Source: Antedon mediterranea (Eukaryota > Animalia > Echinodermata). Taken from it: a DNA stretch of 64,000 bases. How positions within the stretch are numbered: position 1 is the stretch's first letter; every line of letters starts with the position of its first letter. This document shows, in pieces, positions 41,466-54,189 of this stretch. Under the pieces are notes generated by a model, which did no database searches, was not told the origin of the DNA, and saw only the letters and a program-made list of their open reading frames with translations. The DNA is taken from assembly GCF_964355755.1 (NCBI RefSeq), contig NC_092675.1, forward strand, positions 9,481,812 through 9,545,811, read 5' to 3'. The position numbers and the translations under genes were made by a program.

Positions 41466-42267
41466 GTTTTGTCCGCCATCTTCTTGATGTCTTCTGAAAT
41501 GTATCCGCTTAAAGAGCCGATTTCAAGTTTAAGAAGGTGAGGCCAAAATAGGATAAGGACACGTGTAGATGGAAGGGGGTAGAGGATGGCAGGGTATGCA
41601 TCCGGTCACTGTGACAACACGACGACAATGGCCGCGTTAATCAAACCAGTTTTCATGATTGTATATACAGCAATAAAATAAATTTGCATATCCATTTTGT
41701 TATTGTAATTTAGCCGCAGCGATAACACGTTAAATGCGCTTGTAAATTTATAAGCAATAGTGAATCATGCAAGCTATATCTGGCGAACGCTTTACGCTGC
41801 CCATCACTTCCACGCGTGGCCACGCGAGGTGTAAATATCGTCTGATTGAAAACACCCGAGTTACGTTTTGTCCGCCATCTTCTTGATGTCTTCTGAAATG
41901 TATCCGCTTAAAGAGCCGATTTCAAGTTTAAGAAAGTGAGGCCAAAATAGGATAAGGACACGTGTAGATGGAAGGGGGTAGAGGATGGCAGGGTATGCAT
42001 CCGGTCACTGTGACAACACGACGACAATGGCCGCGTTAATCAAACCAGTTTTCATGATTGTATATACAGCAATAAAATAAATTTGCATATCCATTTTGTT
42101 ATTGTAATTTAGCCGCAGCGATAACACGTTAAATGCGCTTGTAAATTTATAAGCAATAGTGAATCATGCAAGCTATATCTGGCGAACGCTTTACGCTGCC
42201 CATCACTTCCACGCGTGGCCACGCGAGGTGTAAATATCGTCTGATTGAAAACACCCGAGTTACGTTT
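41466..42267. repeat. Near-perfect 399-bp tandem duplication
   Basis: gttttgtccgccatcttcttg.. starts at 41466 and 41865; one mismatch seen (aagaaggtga versus aagaaagtga); GTTT microhomology at the junctions. Confidence 0.95.
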
Positions 42268-43676
42268 AGGTGTCACATTCAATCCTCCACGGACGTGACA
42301 ATTTCTGCCATATCTGAATTCATTTGACAACCATGAGAAACGAAATATACAAGCATAAGATAGTGTTTCCCCCACGGGAATATCATAATTGAAAAACGGA
42401 CTGGAGTCTCCTTAACAAAGCGAATTAGCTCCGGCTTTAAGGGTGTGGGTATTCGCAATGTTAATTTACTATCGATTTCAGATCGAACTCGACAATATTC
42501 GATTCCTTTTGAATACAAAATTAATTTGAAGGCGGTCTTGATTATCATTTTGTGAAGAGATAATATGAACCGATAATGCGTTGCTTGATAGGACGAAGTG
42601 TGGAACGGATGGATCGATGGGAAATGGATAATATTGATGCCTGACTGGCATACTGAATAAACTCATAATACAACGACTTGCTTGATAGATCGATGAATCT
42701 GGTGAATTGATGAAAGAACCATGACTGTTCAAAAAAATGATGTTGCCATAATCGAGTCTGTATGATGTAACAGTAACAAAATAAATATTTTGCATATATG
42801 GCGTTTCATACGTATAATAATTGAGCTCACGGCAAACATCGAAACGCAAAAAAAAAACCACAGACTTGGGGCCACTGTTTTACGGCGTGTTTTATACACC
42901 ATCAAAGTCAACAGAGTGGTGGATGTTGTGGGAAGGAACCCTTTTAAAACTTTCTTCCAGCAAAAATTGTTGTGAAACTGCCAAACAAAACAATTAAATG
43001 TGAAAACAAGCGTAAAACAACAAATGAAAATTAAATACATATTTTTATTAATCCAAATATCGCGTGTTCAAGCCATTTATTGAGGACTACTTGTCGCCAA
43101 CGATTATAAAACGTGTGACCATTCCTCAATTAATCACATGTAATAAATAATATACCGTGTCATTTTCTACCCCTACGACCATTTCTACCGTCATATTTTG
43201 CAGACCATACAGAGGGGGTGTTTTAATTAAGAGATGTTTTTATGCAATGATTTATGTGTTTTTCAAACAATCTGTCAAATAAATCTTTATAATGAGAATG
43301 TGAGTAGATTATGACATATTATGATTTATGGGGCTACATTATAATTCACTGGATAAAGTGTTTATGACCGTCAAAATCATCTCGTGACAACATGTAATTT
43401 CACATTCATGCGTTTTCAATAATGAAGGGGCAAAGTAAACGTGTGTGCAAAGAATGTTCAATCATTATTTTTGTTTATTTGTGCCGTGTGTTTTTATGTG
43501 TAACCAAAATGAGCTCTATTTCCGCGTATAATAATATCTATATATTGTCAAATAGGTTGTTAGAACTAAAACTACTAATTGTTTTGAAAGAGTTTTGGAA
43601 TCATGTAATCGTTTGCAATAAACAATTAATGTAGTTATTGGTTTCAAAATCTGCCTTTGAACTGCAGTGAACTTAA

Positions 43677-43801
43677 CGTTTGGTTCTCATTATGACGCAA
43701 CGCAAGGACGTAAGCGCACCGCAAGAAGTAATTTGACCAATCACGACGTACCGTAATCATCGAACTAATCGTTCGCGTTGCGTCCTAGTGGGAACCGAGC
43801 T
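43677..43801. mobile_element. PIF/Harbinger-type MITE family C, copy 3
   Basis: tttggttctcattatgacgcaacgcaaggacgtaa ... gcgttgcgtcctagtgggaaccgagct. Confidence 0.7.
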
Positions 43802-46209
43802 TATAGTATTTGACTGTGCACCCGATTCTCGTGCGGTATTATCTCTAGCGACAACAAACAGCCAACAGTTTCTTACAGATGGCTATACCCTTTTCAATAT
43901 GGCACCGTAACACTGTATGACCTGCTACTCATTTGTCATTTGGTCCGACTACCCGTTACAGAAAATATTGTTTACCTAAATTGATACCGGTGTTACAAGG
44001 AACTGTTAATTTGGTATCCCCAGTCAGCACAATCAAGGAGGCGTTGTTTATATACGCTATTCTTGATTGCTTCAATCAGTTATGTTCAAACGTCGAATAG
44101 GCCTACTTCTAAAAGCTATCGTAGTTATATTGGAGATGATATATGATTCGGATCAGCTTAAATCCGTTTTTGTATGCACGCTTAACACTGAACGTGTGAA
44201 AGCTATAATAACGATACATTGGCATATTATGTTATAAAAAATGGTTTCACACAGCATGAAGAAAGAACAATAACTAAAAGGGTTAGGCCTACGTCAAAAA
44301 ATCGAGCGGCGTTTTTTGTAAGAAACATTTCTTGTTTAAAGATAATTCATATAACGAAGAGATAGTAAATTTAATGAATCAATATTACCATAATTATGGA
44401 CTGATCAATTAAGGTTGTTCATCATCATTGCTGATCTCCATTATTCATTAATCAAACTTGTATCATTTTACGTTTAAATAACATGTCCTTCAAAGATCAC
44501 AATTCACTTCTTGCAGTTTGGAACTCGCAACCAAAAACATATTTGAATTGTAATGACTAAATGGATATCAATTTTCAATTTTGACATGAATAATACTAAA
44601 GATTTTAATCTAACTGCAAGTCCTTACCTGATTGCTTGAATAATGCATTAGAATGGCTTTGAGTGAATTCATGACAGTTAATTTATTTATCTATTATGAT
44701 TACTTATTCCTATCATATTAATTATTTTGCTTTTATCATCCTGGCCGCGATGCACACTCCGATGAACGCAAGACGATTCCACGCATTCGATGTTTTTGAG
44801 AATCTGATCACGAATTACTAATATTTTTTTTCCTGATGTCAATCATTCATTCATCATTCATCAGTTACACAGTAATCTTTCTATAAATTGTTCTTCCGAA
44901 TCTTCATAATATTGGGGGTCCAAGTCTCTCTTTTTTATGTACATAGATTGTGTAGGCCTAATGTACATTCTAGCTCAAGAATTATAAGTATGAAACGCCA
45001 TGTGTGCCGAATTATTTATCTTTTTACCAACAATTTGTTTAAATCGCCGTCTAGTCTGGACACTACCATGATGGAAAGAAGATGTGAATAACATTATGAA
45101 CACAAGATGATATTTTAAAACGAGAAGAAAGCAAAGAAGAAGAAACAAGAATAATACGAAGAAAAGGACAATAACAAATTCATCAGATTCTTGTACGGTT
45201 CCAAGCGACAATAAACAGGCCATGTCTGGAGTTCTTGACAAATACAACATTTTTCCGACGAGTTATTTTGTTAATACCTCCTAACATTACCTCGTCGTTA
45301 CAAAGGCGTTAGACAAGACAACGTACAAGATAAACTGAACAACTAATAAGAAAGCAAGAAAACACATGGATAAGAATGACTTTTCGACTCGATAGTTGCG
45401 TATTTTAGTTAGTTGCGCGTCATGAAATCGAAAAGTTAGTATTGAGCCGGCAAATCCAGAAGACAACCATGCAACTTGTTCTAGATTAGCGTATTCCTTG
45501 GTCTATTTTATTGATTTAATGCACTTGTTTTTAGTGCAAGACCATTTGAAATATCTATCAACATCGATTATATTACGGATAAATAGCTCGTCAAACCAGC
45601 AACAAAAAATACAAAGGATTTAAAAGTCCATAGACAATAGTGTTGCAATTAGTTCTCGGTTAATCATTCATTTTCCATAACTAAAATGGAGAAATGTGAA
45701 AGCAAATTTGCCAATAGAGTATTTGCTCTGACTGACAGGTAATAATAAAAATGATTGATATTTCTACGCTTTTACCAAATAATACTATTACTTTCAAATA
45801 TATCGAAATAACAATCAATGACAACATAATCATAATACAGGCATAAAATGCCAGTTTGAAATGATAAATTGTATAAACCCTGTCACTGAAGACCTAGTTT
45901 AATCATATTATAGCACGGCAGAAGATATATCATGTGTATATCCTCTTGCGGTATCACTGGCCTACATTTTATTTGTTACAAAATATTATATTAATATTCA
46001 ATTCAATTTTATTTGTGAATAATATTAGTTTGAGAATCCATAAATTAGTAAAGACAGGGACAACATTAACCTCTTAGCAGCGTTATTCCATTTTTTTTAA
46101 TATCGACAATGACTCCGTCATAACTTTGTCAACACAGAATAGTTTCATACAATACTTAAATTTTTCTTTTTCTTTTAACATCTTTTTTTATATTTTAATA
46201 ATCAATTTA

Positions 46210-46684
46210 ATTAATAATAATATTCGTTCGTATATAGCACTTATTGCATTGCGCACAATGCTTCTATAAGCGGTTCACATCATTAGACCGGTCATTTTTT
46301 GTTGTGGATCAAACACGTGGAAACATAATACAGCTAGTAATCAGCGCAAAGTGAACCTAAAGCTTGGTTCCCACTAGAACGTAACGCAAGGACGTAAACA
46401 CAACGCAAGCGTTTTAACCAATGACAAGCGAGGTTATAGACAGTTAGCAATCACAAGCGAATAAGCCATCGCTTGTGATTGGTCAATTCACTTGCGTTGC
46501 TTTACGTCCTTGCGGTGCGTCGCTAGTGGGAACCACGCTTAACCGTGTACATACATAACATCTGGTGGGTGAGAGAGGCAAACGTAAGTATAGTATCTTG
46601 CCTAAGCATACAAGCAATGCTACGAGCGTTGGACTCAAACTCGCAATCTACGATAATCCATGTCCAACACACTGCGCCACGCTC
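46210..46684 (-). mobile_element. tRNA-derived SINE (CORE-like body, L2-type tail) interrupted by a MITE
   Basis: Minus strand: GAGCGTGGCGCAGTG (A box) ... GAGTTTGAGTCC (B box) ... cttaggcaagatact ... tgcctctctcacccaccagatgt; 3' end aagtgctatatacgaacgaa(tat)n. Confidence 0.7.
46361..46539. mobile_element. PIF/Harbinger-type MITE family C, copy 4 (best preserved, 179 bp)
   Basis: TAA|AGCTTGGTTCCCACTAG ... CTAGTGGGAACCACGCT|TAA; 3-bp TAA target duplication; nearly the whole element is a long inverted repeat. Confidence 0.85.
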
Positions 46685-46768
46685 TTAATTTATATTGAAT
46701 TTTATTTAAAATATAAACAAATAAGTTATTTAAAGTTAGGCCTATATATTTGTAATTCTGTTGAAGAA

Positions 46769-47335
46769 AAGTCTTCATACAGTGAATCAGTTCGGTTTTT
46801 TGACAATCCTGATTTTTTGTTTACACTTCGTATTCTTTTTGTTTACACTTCGTATTCTTTTTGTTTACACTTCGTATTCTTTTTGTTTACACTTCGTATT
46901 CTTTTTGTTTACACTTCGTATTCTTTCTTTATGTGTCGAAATCAAATATCAAAACCATGTTACTTATAAAACAATAAGATTATTATTACCGTTTTATAAG
47001 AAGTGGCAGAAAATTAATTCATTATATAAAATGTATACACTGAATAGTTTTAAAAACAAAAGAATTTATAAGACATAATATTCAAGTATTCACAATGAAG
47101 CAAATGAACATTAAAAGTCTTCATACAGTGATTCAGTTAGGTTTTTTGACAATCCTGATTTGTTTACACTTCGTATTCTTGTTATGTCGAAATCAAATTC
47201 AAAACCATGTTACTTATAAACAACAAGATCATTATTACCGTTTTATAAGAAGTGGCAGAAAATTAATTCATTATATATACGTTGAATAATTTTAAAAACA
47301 AAGGAATTTAATTTACAATGAAGCAAATGAACAAT
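46769..47335. repeat. Diverged tandem duplication (about 0.25-0.35 kb) with a 22-bp minisatellite expanded in copy 1
   Basis: aagtcttcatacagtga.tcagtt.ggttttttgacaatcctgatt at about 46769 and 47116; gtttacacttcgtattcttttt x5 (46819, 46841, 46863, 46885, 46907) versus x1 in copy 2. Confidence 0.9.
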
Positions 47336-50300
47336 AAAATCATGAATATCGACATAATCTATTAAATTTAACAAATTTTGAGTATGAAATGTTGTATAAA
47401 TTGGCCCCTAAACCCGAATGCATTTTAACAACATCTTAGTCAAATTCAAAGTCTCTATAAATCGCGATCATAATCAACTTTATGAAAATTATATTTTCAG
47501 ATTTCCTAGCCATGAATTTGAAAACGCCATTTAAGTGTTATAAGCAATCAAATTGCCAGTATTAATATTAATATTCATGATGAATTCCATTAACCCCATT
47601 GTAGAATTATCTAGTATATTCAACATGTGGGATTACTTCAATTTAATGAGAGAATGATTGTCATGCAAAGGTGTCAAGTGTTTGAATTCATTAGCCAAAA
47701 TTTGTAAAATATTTAGGTTTTCGTTTTCAAATAAGGGTGAATAGAATGAACAATGGAGTAAGAGCGTATATAAGTAAATCAGGTTAGGATTTTATGTGTT
47801 ATGTAAACGTGCGTGCGAATAGTCATGTACGTGGTTTTAAGTGTAAATAGATCGATTTATAAAGGCGTTTTTTGCATGATTTTTACTTCACGTTAAGATG
47901 TTGATGATACTAGCAAAGATGATTATAAATGGGCTGTTGATATATTTTCAAACGATACGTATATATAATTTAAAACGTGCTGTCACCGACGACGAATAGA
48001 ACCTGCCGCTCTCGGAAAGATAAATAAAGTTTCAAAAACTTTACTATTAACGCCGCCCTCAACGTCCAAATATATAATAAACTTAGCAGAAGGCTTCAAA
48101 TTTGGCCATTATATTTAAATAACTAACCTTGTTTTGGCAGAATGTTATTAAAACAAACCAATAGTAATAATAATTAAAATTTCAATCATCTTGTCATCAT
48201 GTTTATCACGTTTACTGATTTTTTTCTTATTATAGGTCTTACTATAGGGCAACACATTGAAACATATTATGTAACTGAACGGTTCTACATATTGTACACG
48301 TACATGACATAAAATCGAACAATTATGTTTGCAGACTTTAAACAAACTGAACAAAATGACTCTCATTAAAACCATTAATCTACCTTTTAATGTTGTAAAC
48401 CTGGTGTATGTTTCATGTTGTGTCTTGTTCCATAATTATCTAAAATAAAAATGCTCCTTTCGGTGCGCTTTGATGTGATTTTATGCTATAAAAAATGTCG
48501 TTTTCTAAAATCATAAGTTAATGTTTTATTGTATTAATAATGATAATAATTGGTACAACTGCTTGTGGTTGAAAAGTATATACGAGTTGTAATTAGCTTT
48601 TCTCTCATTCCTTAAATATTCCAAATATTAATGGCTAAATACAAAATACAGTATAATAAAATATGTTTATTACACTGTATGTTGCATCATTTTTGCATAG
48701 AATGTTTATTATGTCCAGGTGCATAAATAAAAGAATACAATTACTCATCTAGAACATTATTTATAAATCATCTGTCGTCTCATACAAAATTACAGTTTAA
48801 ACAAAAACATTTTAACAATGAAAACAATGAAGAGTTTGAGGGCGCTTTTCAAATTATTTGGGCGTTATCGGGACTGAACAATTTTTATTCTAATTTCATT
48901 TTGATAATTCACAATTATTTATGTTTTCTAAAGTCTTATAACTTATGTGTGTTTTTACAGTATACTTGTTCCTTGTGTGCGCAAATGTAGTGCTACCTTT
49001 TCAGATAGAATAATATCCATGGTATAAAAGGCAAGTTTTATGGTCATGTGAAATCAATGTATGATCATGTCATTAGTATGAGTCCTACCAAATCATTCAT
49101 GGTTGTTGAAGGGAGGTGTATGACGTTGACGTCATTAAAACAATTTATGAAATAATTATGTATCTATACAAAATCGGATACTAAAATACAAAAACCATGC
49201 ATAGGCCTATATGAGGAATCTTTAAAATAATATATTTCATCATTTGGTTATGAGGGATTCTGTTCAATTAAAGGATTCATATATAAATTGGAAGGTCGTT
49301 TATTAATCGGGTGGGGTTTTAATCAGACAGATAGTGATCATAAGATTTGTATTATATTTTGTTGCAGTGATTATAACAACTGCTTACATCGACCACTACA
49401 ATTCAACATTTCCATCGTTTATTCAATCAACCTCCTCATAATGACAAACGATTTAAAAAGGGGCTTAACGAGCATTTGGTATTGAAATTTAACGTAACAT
49501 CAGTGACAATTACACTCAATCAAATCAAGACTATTCCGCGTGCACATCTTTGTACAACGCACGATGATCATTAATCGCCAGAATCACCAATCCACAATTC
49601 TATTCATTGATGATATACACGTTACGTTTCGTCTAAATCACTGCCTCAAACATCTTCCACCGATCGCTTTGTCGGTCCGTCATTAGCCCTAAAGCAATAG
49701 CTTTCGTAATTTTTAAACATATAACCCATCATTGAACATTTGCATACTGGTTTTTCATATTGATTTAGTCATTGTAGTGGCGTGCATAACTGACTAGGCC
49801 GCCTCTTTGCTAGTCATATAAACCCTCCGCATTAATTAATCAATTAGGCTAAATCATGCTATGAATTTACAGACAAATTTGTGTATGCGAATTTCCTTTC
49901 TGCTGTATATAGATTTAATGTAAACGTATCATCATCATTATACATACATAAGCATCTGCTTGTCCAATATTAGTCATACAACATTTCATGCGAAATTCTG
50001 CCAGAAACTATTTTTATTAAGATACTTTTTTATCGGTTGTAAAACATTGTTCAAATTTCCAAAAGAGATTATGACGACAACTTACTGATTCAACACTGAT
50101 TCTTGATTGTAAATTACCATTATTATTGAAATAAACATATAGTCCTAATCACTTTATGTAGCCCTATCACTAAAAATGTTCTAAAACTTGTAAAATACCG
50201 TATAATATTTTTGTTTCGCCGCATAAAAAAAATACAACCAATGAATAATTTGTGTTTGGCTTCTAATTAAAAAAATTTCGGATATTTTGTAATGTTACTG

Positions 50301-53300
50301 AATTCTCAACATTGTGAACATTTACAAAAAAATCACAAATTAACAAACTTTTAATCAACATACCATTTCCATCAACCATTCTGCTGATTGGAGTTGAATT
50401 TGCACATTTTCACGGATGTGTATGTTGTAACAAACACTGAGCACACAATATTTAACAATAATTGTTATAAAAAAAGCCAGGGATAATTCATAGTATGGGA
50501 TTTTTAAATTTTAATTTACAAATGGTAACCATAATAAATACATTAAAAAAAACAAAAACAAACTCATATCAATTGAAATAGGCCTACAATAGATCAAAAC
50601 AAAGTATTCGATAACAATAATATAGCATTATGGTTATTTTTGTTAATCAAAATAGAACTTTTTTAAGCATTAACATAGACAGTATCATAGCAAGACAATA
50701 CCAGCGACAACAACAGATATAACGGATTCTGATACTGATATGCAGCTACCAGTTCCAGTTAAGTGAAACTATCAATAGCATATTCAATCAATTGTGAAAC
50801 GTCCATAGTCCTCAGTCATATCCAATTCCATGGTGTAGTTGTAATATTAATAACGATAATACAACATATTCAATAGGTGGTTTGATTCTAAGCTAGAGCA
50901 CGTCGATATTTTTACAAGATACACGAATAAAAACACTGGGACAGAGATACTGTAAATTAAAATGCTCGAAACAACTTTGTTAAAGTATACGGTACGGTAC
51001 ATTTTAAGAGTGCATGGATACAATAATCGTTCAATTTACTTGCAGACTAACAATTTAAAAGCAGTATCAACTATAAACAGCTAGAAACATTAGGCCTATT
51101 AATTCACAAATATGAAAAATCTCCATATATAGCATTTTATTTAAAAAAATGGTATGATTGGATGCATGCATGCCAACTATTTCAAACAAACCCAAACTCA
51201 AAACTCATATATTATTTCCAAACTCAAATAACTATCCAACTGGAGACAATAAGATTCAGTAGATTGAATGTCATCACTTATACATAATATAATATAGTCA
51301 TATAGAAATTAAAATATGAGGGCTGGTTTAACGACTTTTTTTTTTAATAAATAAAACTATTGTTTAAAGTATAGCAATGCAATGAACCCTGCATCATTCA
51401 AATAAATAATGTAGGCCTTTACAATGAATACACATGTCTCCTTAAATTATATAAGCATAAAACAACCAATACGACATGATTTTAAAAAGCACACAATCGA
51501 CTGGTGGTGTCTCAAATAACACCAGTAATAAGTACCGTAAGTAAATTATATATAAAGATGGTACTGTATACTATTAACACACCATAAAGAACAAGTCCTT
51601 TGGTACAAATATTTGGAAAACACATTTGGCATCTTATTCGTATAATTCTACTTATGCTATACAGGTTTGGTTATTAAAACGAAATAAAAATAATGTATTA
51701 AGAGCTATACGTCAGATTGATAAAATGTTCGTTCTATGAGAGATGTAGTGTGTAGTGTAAATGTAAATGTCACTCTCATAACATAACATAAACAATAACA
51801 AAACGTCATTAACAATGTGTTTTGTCTAACTCTACATCATCTCAGTACGTACATACGCTATTTGAGAACAAAAGTGGTCGTCGTTCTCTCCTAAGCCTCA
51901 GTCACACTAGTACTAGTAGGCTAATTATCAATCTATTAAAATCATCAACTAACATGAGATTATGTACTTGCAGATTTGTCGTTTTAGGCCGAAACACGCT
52001 TGTTAGATAAGTGCTAAACTAACTTTCAAATAAGTATTTAGTTTTTAATACTGTACTATAATGTTATACAGTATCACCACCCTAAGTATCCAACATATAA
52101 TAATGGGCAATACAAGCATAGCTCCTGAACTCATTTGATCATACTTACGACTCAATAATTCACTGATGTCAATGTTACCATTTTAGTAGCTGAAAAGGTA
52201 ACGTTGATCGTAAATTCATTCAAGTTGTGAGTTACAATTTACAGTAACTGCATGTCAATTTCAAACAGTAATTCAGCATCCAACTTTTTAAAACGATGAA
52301 TCGACACAAATTTAAGTGATAATGAAAGTACGTGTTCTTATAATCGGTAATTCAAATTGGCATATGCCACAATAGTGTAAAAAAACTCGGCGCTTCTAAT
52401 TAAGTAAAAAAAGGAGGGTTTTTTTTTGTAAATTTATTCGACCGTAGGGTGCGGATATGTCATCTAATTTTGAGTTTTAAATTAACCCCAGCTCCCATGT
52501 TACACTTGACAGATAGCGGTATGACCGGAAAAATTTCTTCGGTTAAATTGTTGTTTTATGGAGCCAATGCCAAGTTCAGAATGTCCTCCATCGTTGGAAA
52601 TTCTCGTCAGTTGTGTATTGAATTGAGTAAAATAATTCATTAAAAAAATAATACTGCAGAGTAAAATAAAATTAATCATTAATTTAATTATACGTGTGGT
52701 AATGTTATTTTTAAGTATCACATGGTGGACTTTATCGCAATACGATAACACGATTATAACATATTGTAGTTGCTATCGTCTGTTACTGAGAACAATAGAT
52801 ATTAATACATGTACAGTAATTGCTTATTCACAAACCATTGCAATATGGTATACAATACAAAGCTGTTTGGCATTAAATTTATTAATGTAAAAATAGGCAT
52901 ATTATCAAAATACCCCTTGGAATATTTATATTGTTGAGATCTAGACGGTTTTTTTTACATAATGTTGATTTTCTTCGGAGTTGTAATATGGCATAGAACT
53001 GCATGTATCTCATATAAAAATATGAATACTGTATATATAACCAATTACAATTGGTTATGTAGTACAGTATGTTGTTTTATATTTTCTAGAACAAAAATGG
53101 TTATCGGTCATTCACTCCGGATGATAGCGAACAGATTAAGCGAATATAAATATTCAAATCTTGCCGATGTTTTCGCCATTTTATAGACATTTACTTCAGC
53201 TTTCAGTTGAATTGCTTCATTTTGTAGAATACTATTTCATTGAATCGTTGTACCACTGAAAACAACTACAGTACTAATTCTCTCTCTTCCACACAAATAC

Positions 53301-53655
53301 TCGAAAATAATAATTCTAAGACATTTCAATTAGATGGATTTGAACGTTTAATAACAATAATAAAATATCCTGAAATATAACAAATATATATTATTTACAC
53401 TGTACATAACAATTTGGGATAAAATAAAAAGAAGGAATCTTCCAAATATGATTCAATTATCATAATTATATTTTCCTATAAAGAGATCATAAATATTTTT
53501 CATAAAACAGAACAATAACATACATAGCGAGCACGTCGTCGGCCTACGAGCTCTATAATTCAATAGCCGAGTGTTACCGATTTAGTTGAATCATAAATTT
53601 GTTATAGCAACGCCGCAATAAGCACGAACTGATAAATCATCCGAGTGGCGACATA

Positions 53656-53661
53656 TTTATT
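53656..53661 (-). promoter_or_regulatory. Candidate polyadenylation signal AATAAA of the NET gene
   Basis: tttatt on + strand about 530 bp past the stop codon; further candidates near 52433 and 50013. Confidence 0.3.
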
Positions 53662-54189
53662 ACCAGTAACGGAACATGATAAAGTTAAAGCAATATATCA
53701 ACGACAAATTGATGGTCTATCAACCATGCTCAATATGCTATTTACTTGTCGATTTTGAGATATATATTCTCTATCGTATTAGCGATATTCTTTTTGTTTT
53801 GTTTAGACTACAATCAATCATTTTTGTTAAGATCTAGCATTGACTAACCGTCAAACAAAACGTATTTAAGTTAAATTATTACATGGATTATTCACTACCG
53901 ATCAGCTTAATGCAAACAATAAGCTAAGATACCGATGTATATTTAGGATATACACAGGGAATAAGTTATAATACATGTAAAACAATAAATCAACTTAACA
54001 AGAAAAATAACAACACTTGAACGTTTGGCAATTCGTTAACAAATTAAGACATATTTAGATTTTAAAATAACAAAATTACAATTTCAAGATAGATCAATTA
54101 TTTTAAGAACTTTAACAAATAAGAAAATTCTTATTTTGAGTTGGCAATGGTTTAATAAAAACATGAATTATAAAGTTTATAAATGTCTT

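Noticed and set aside
42109-43040. Cluster of overlapping minus-strand ORFs of 88-127 aa
   Set aside because: No recognisable domain, composition typical of AT-rich non-coding DNA, and no consistent splice structure.
46565-47289. ORFs of 134, 105 and 64 aa
   Set aside because: They run through a SINE and the stop-free 22-bp minisatellite or duplicated segment.
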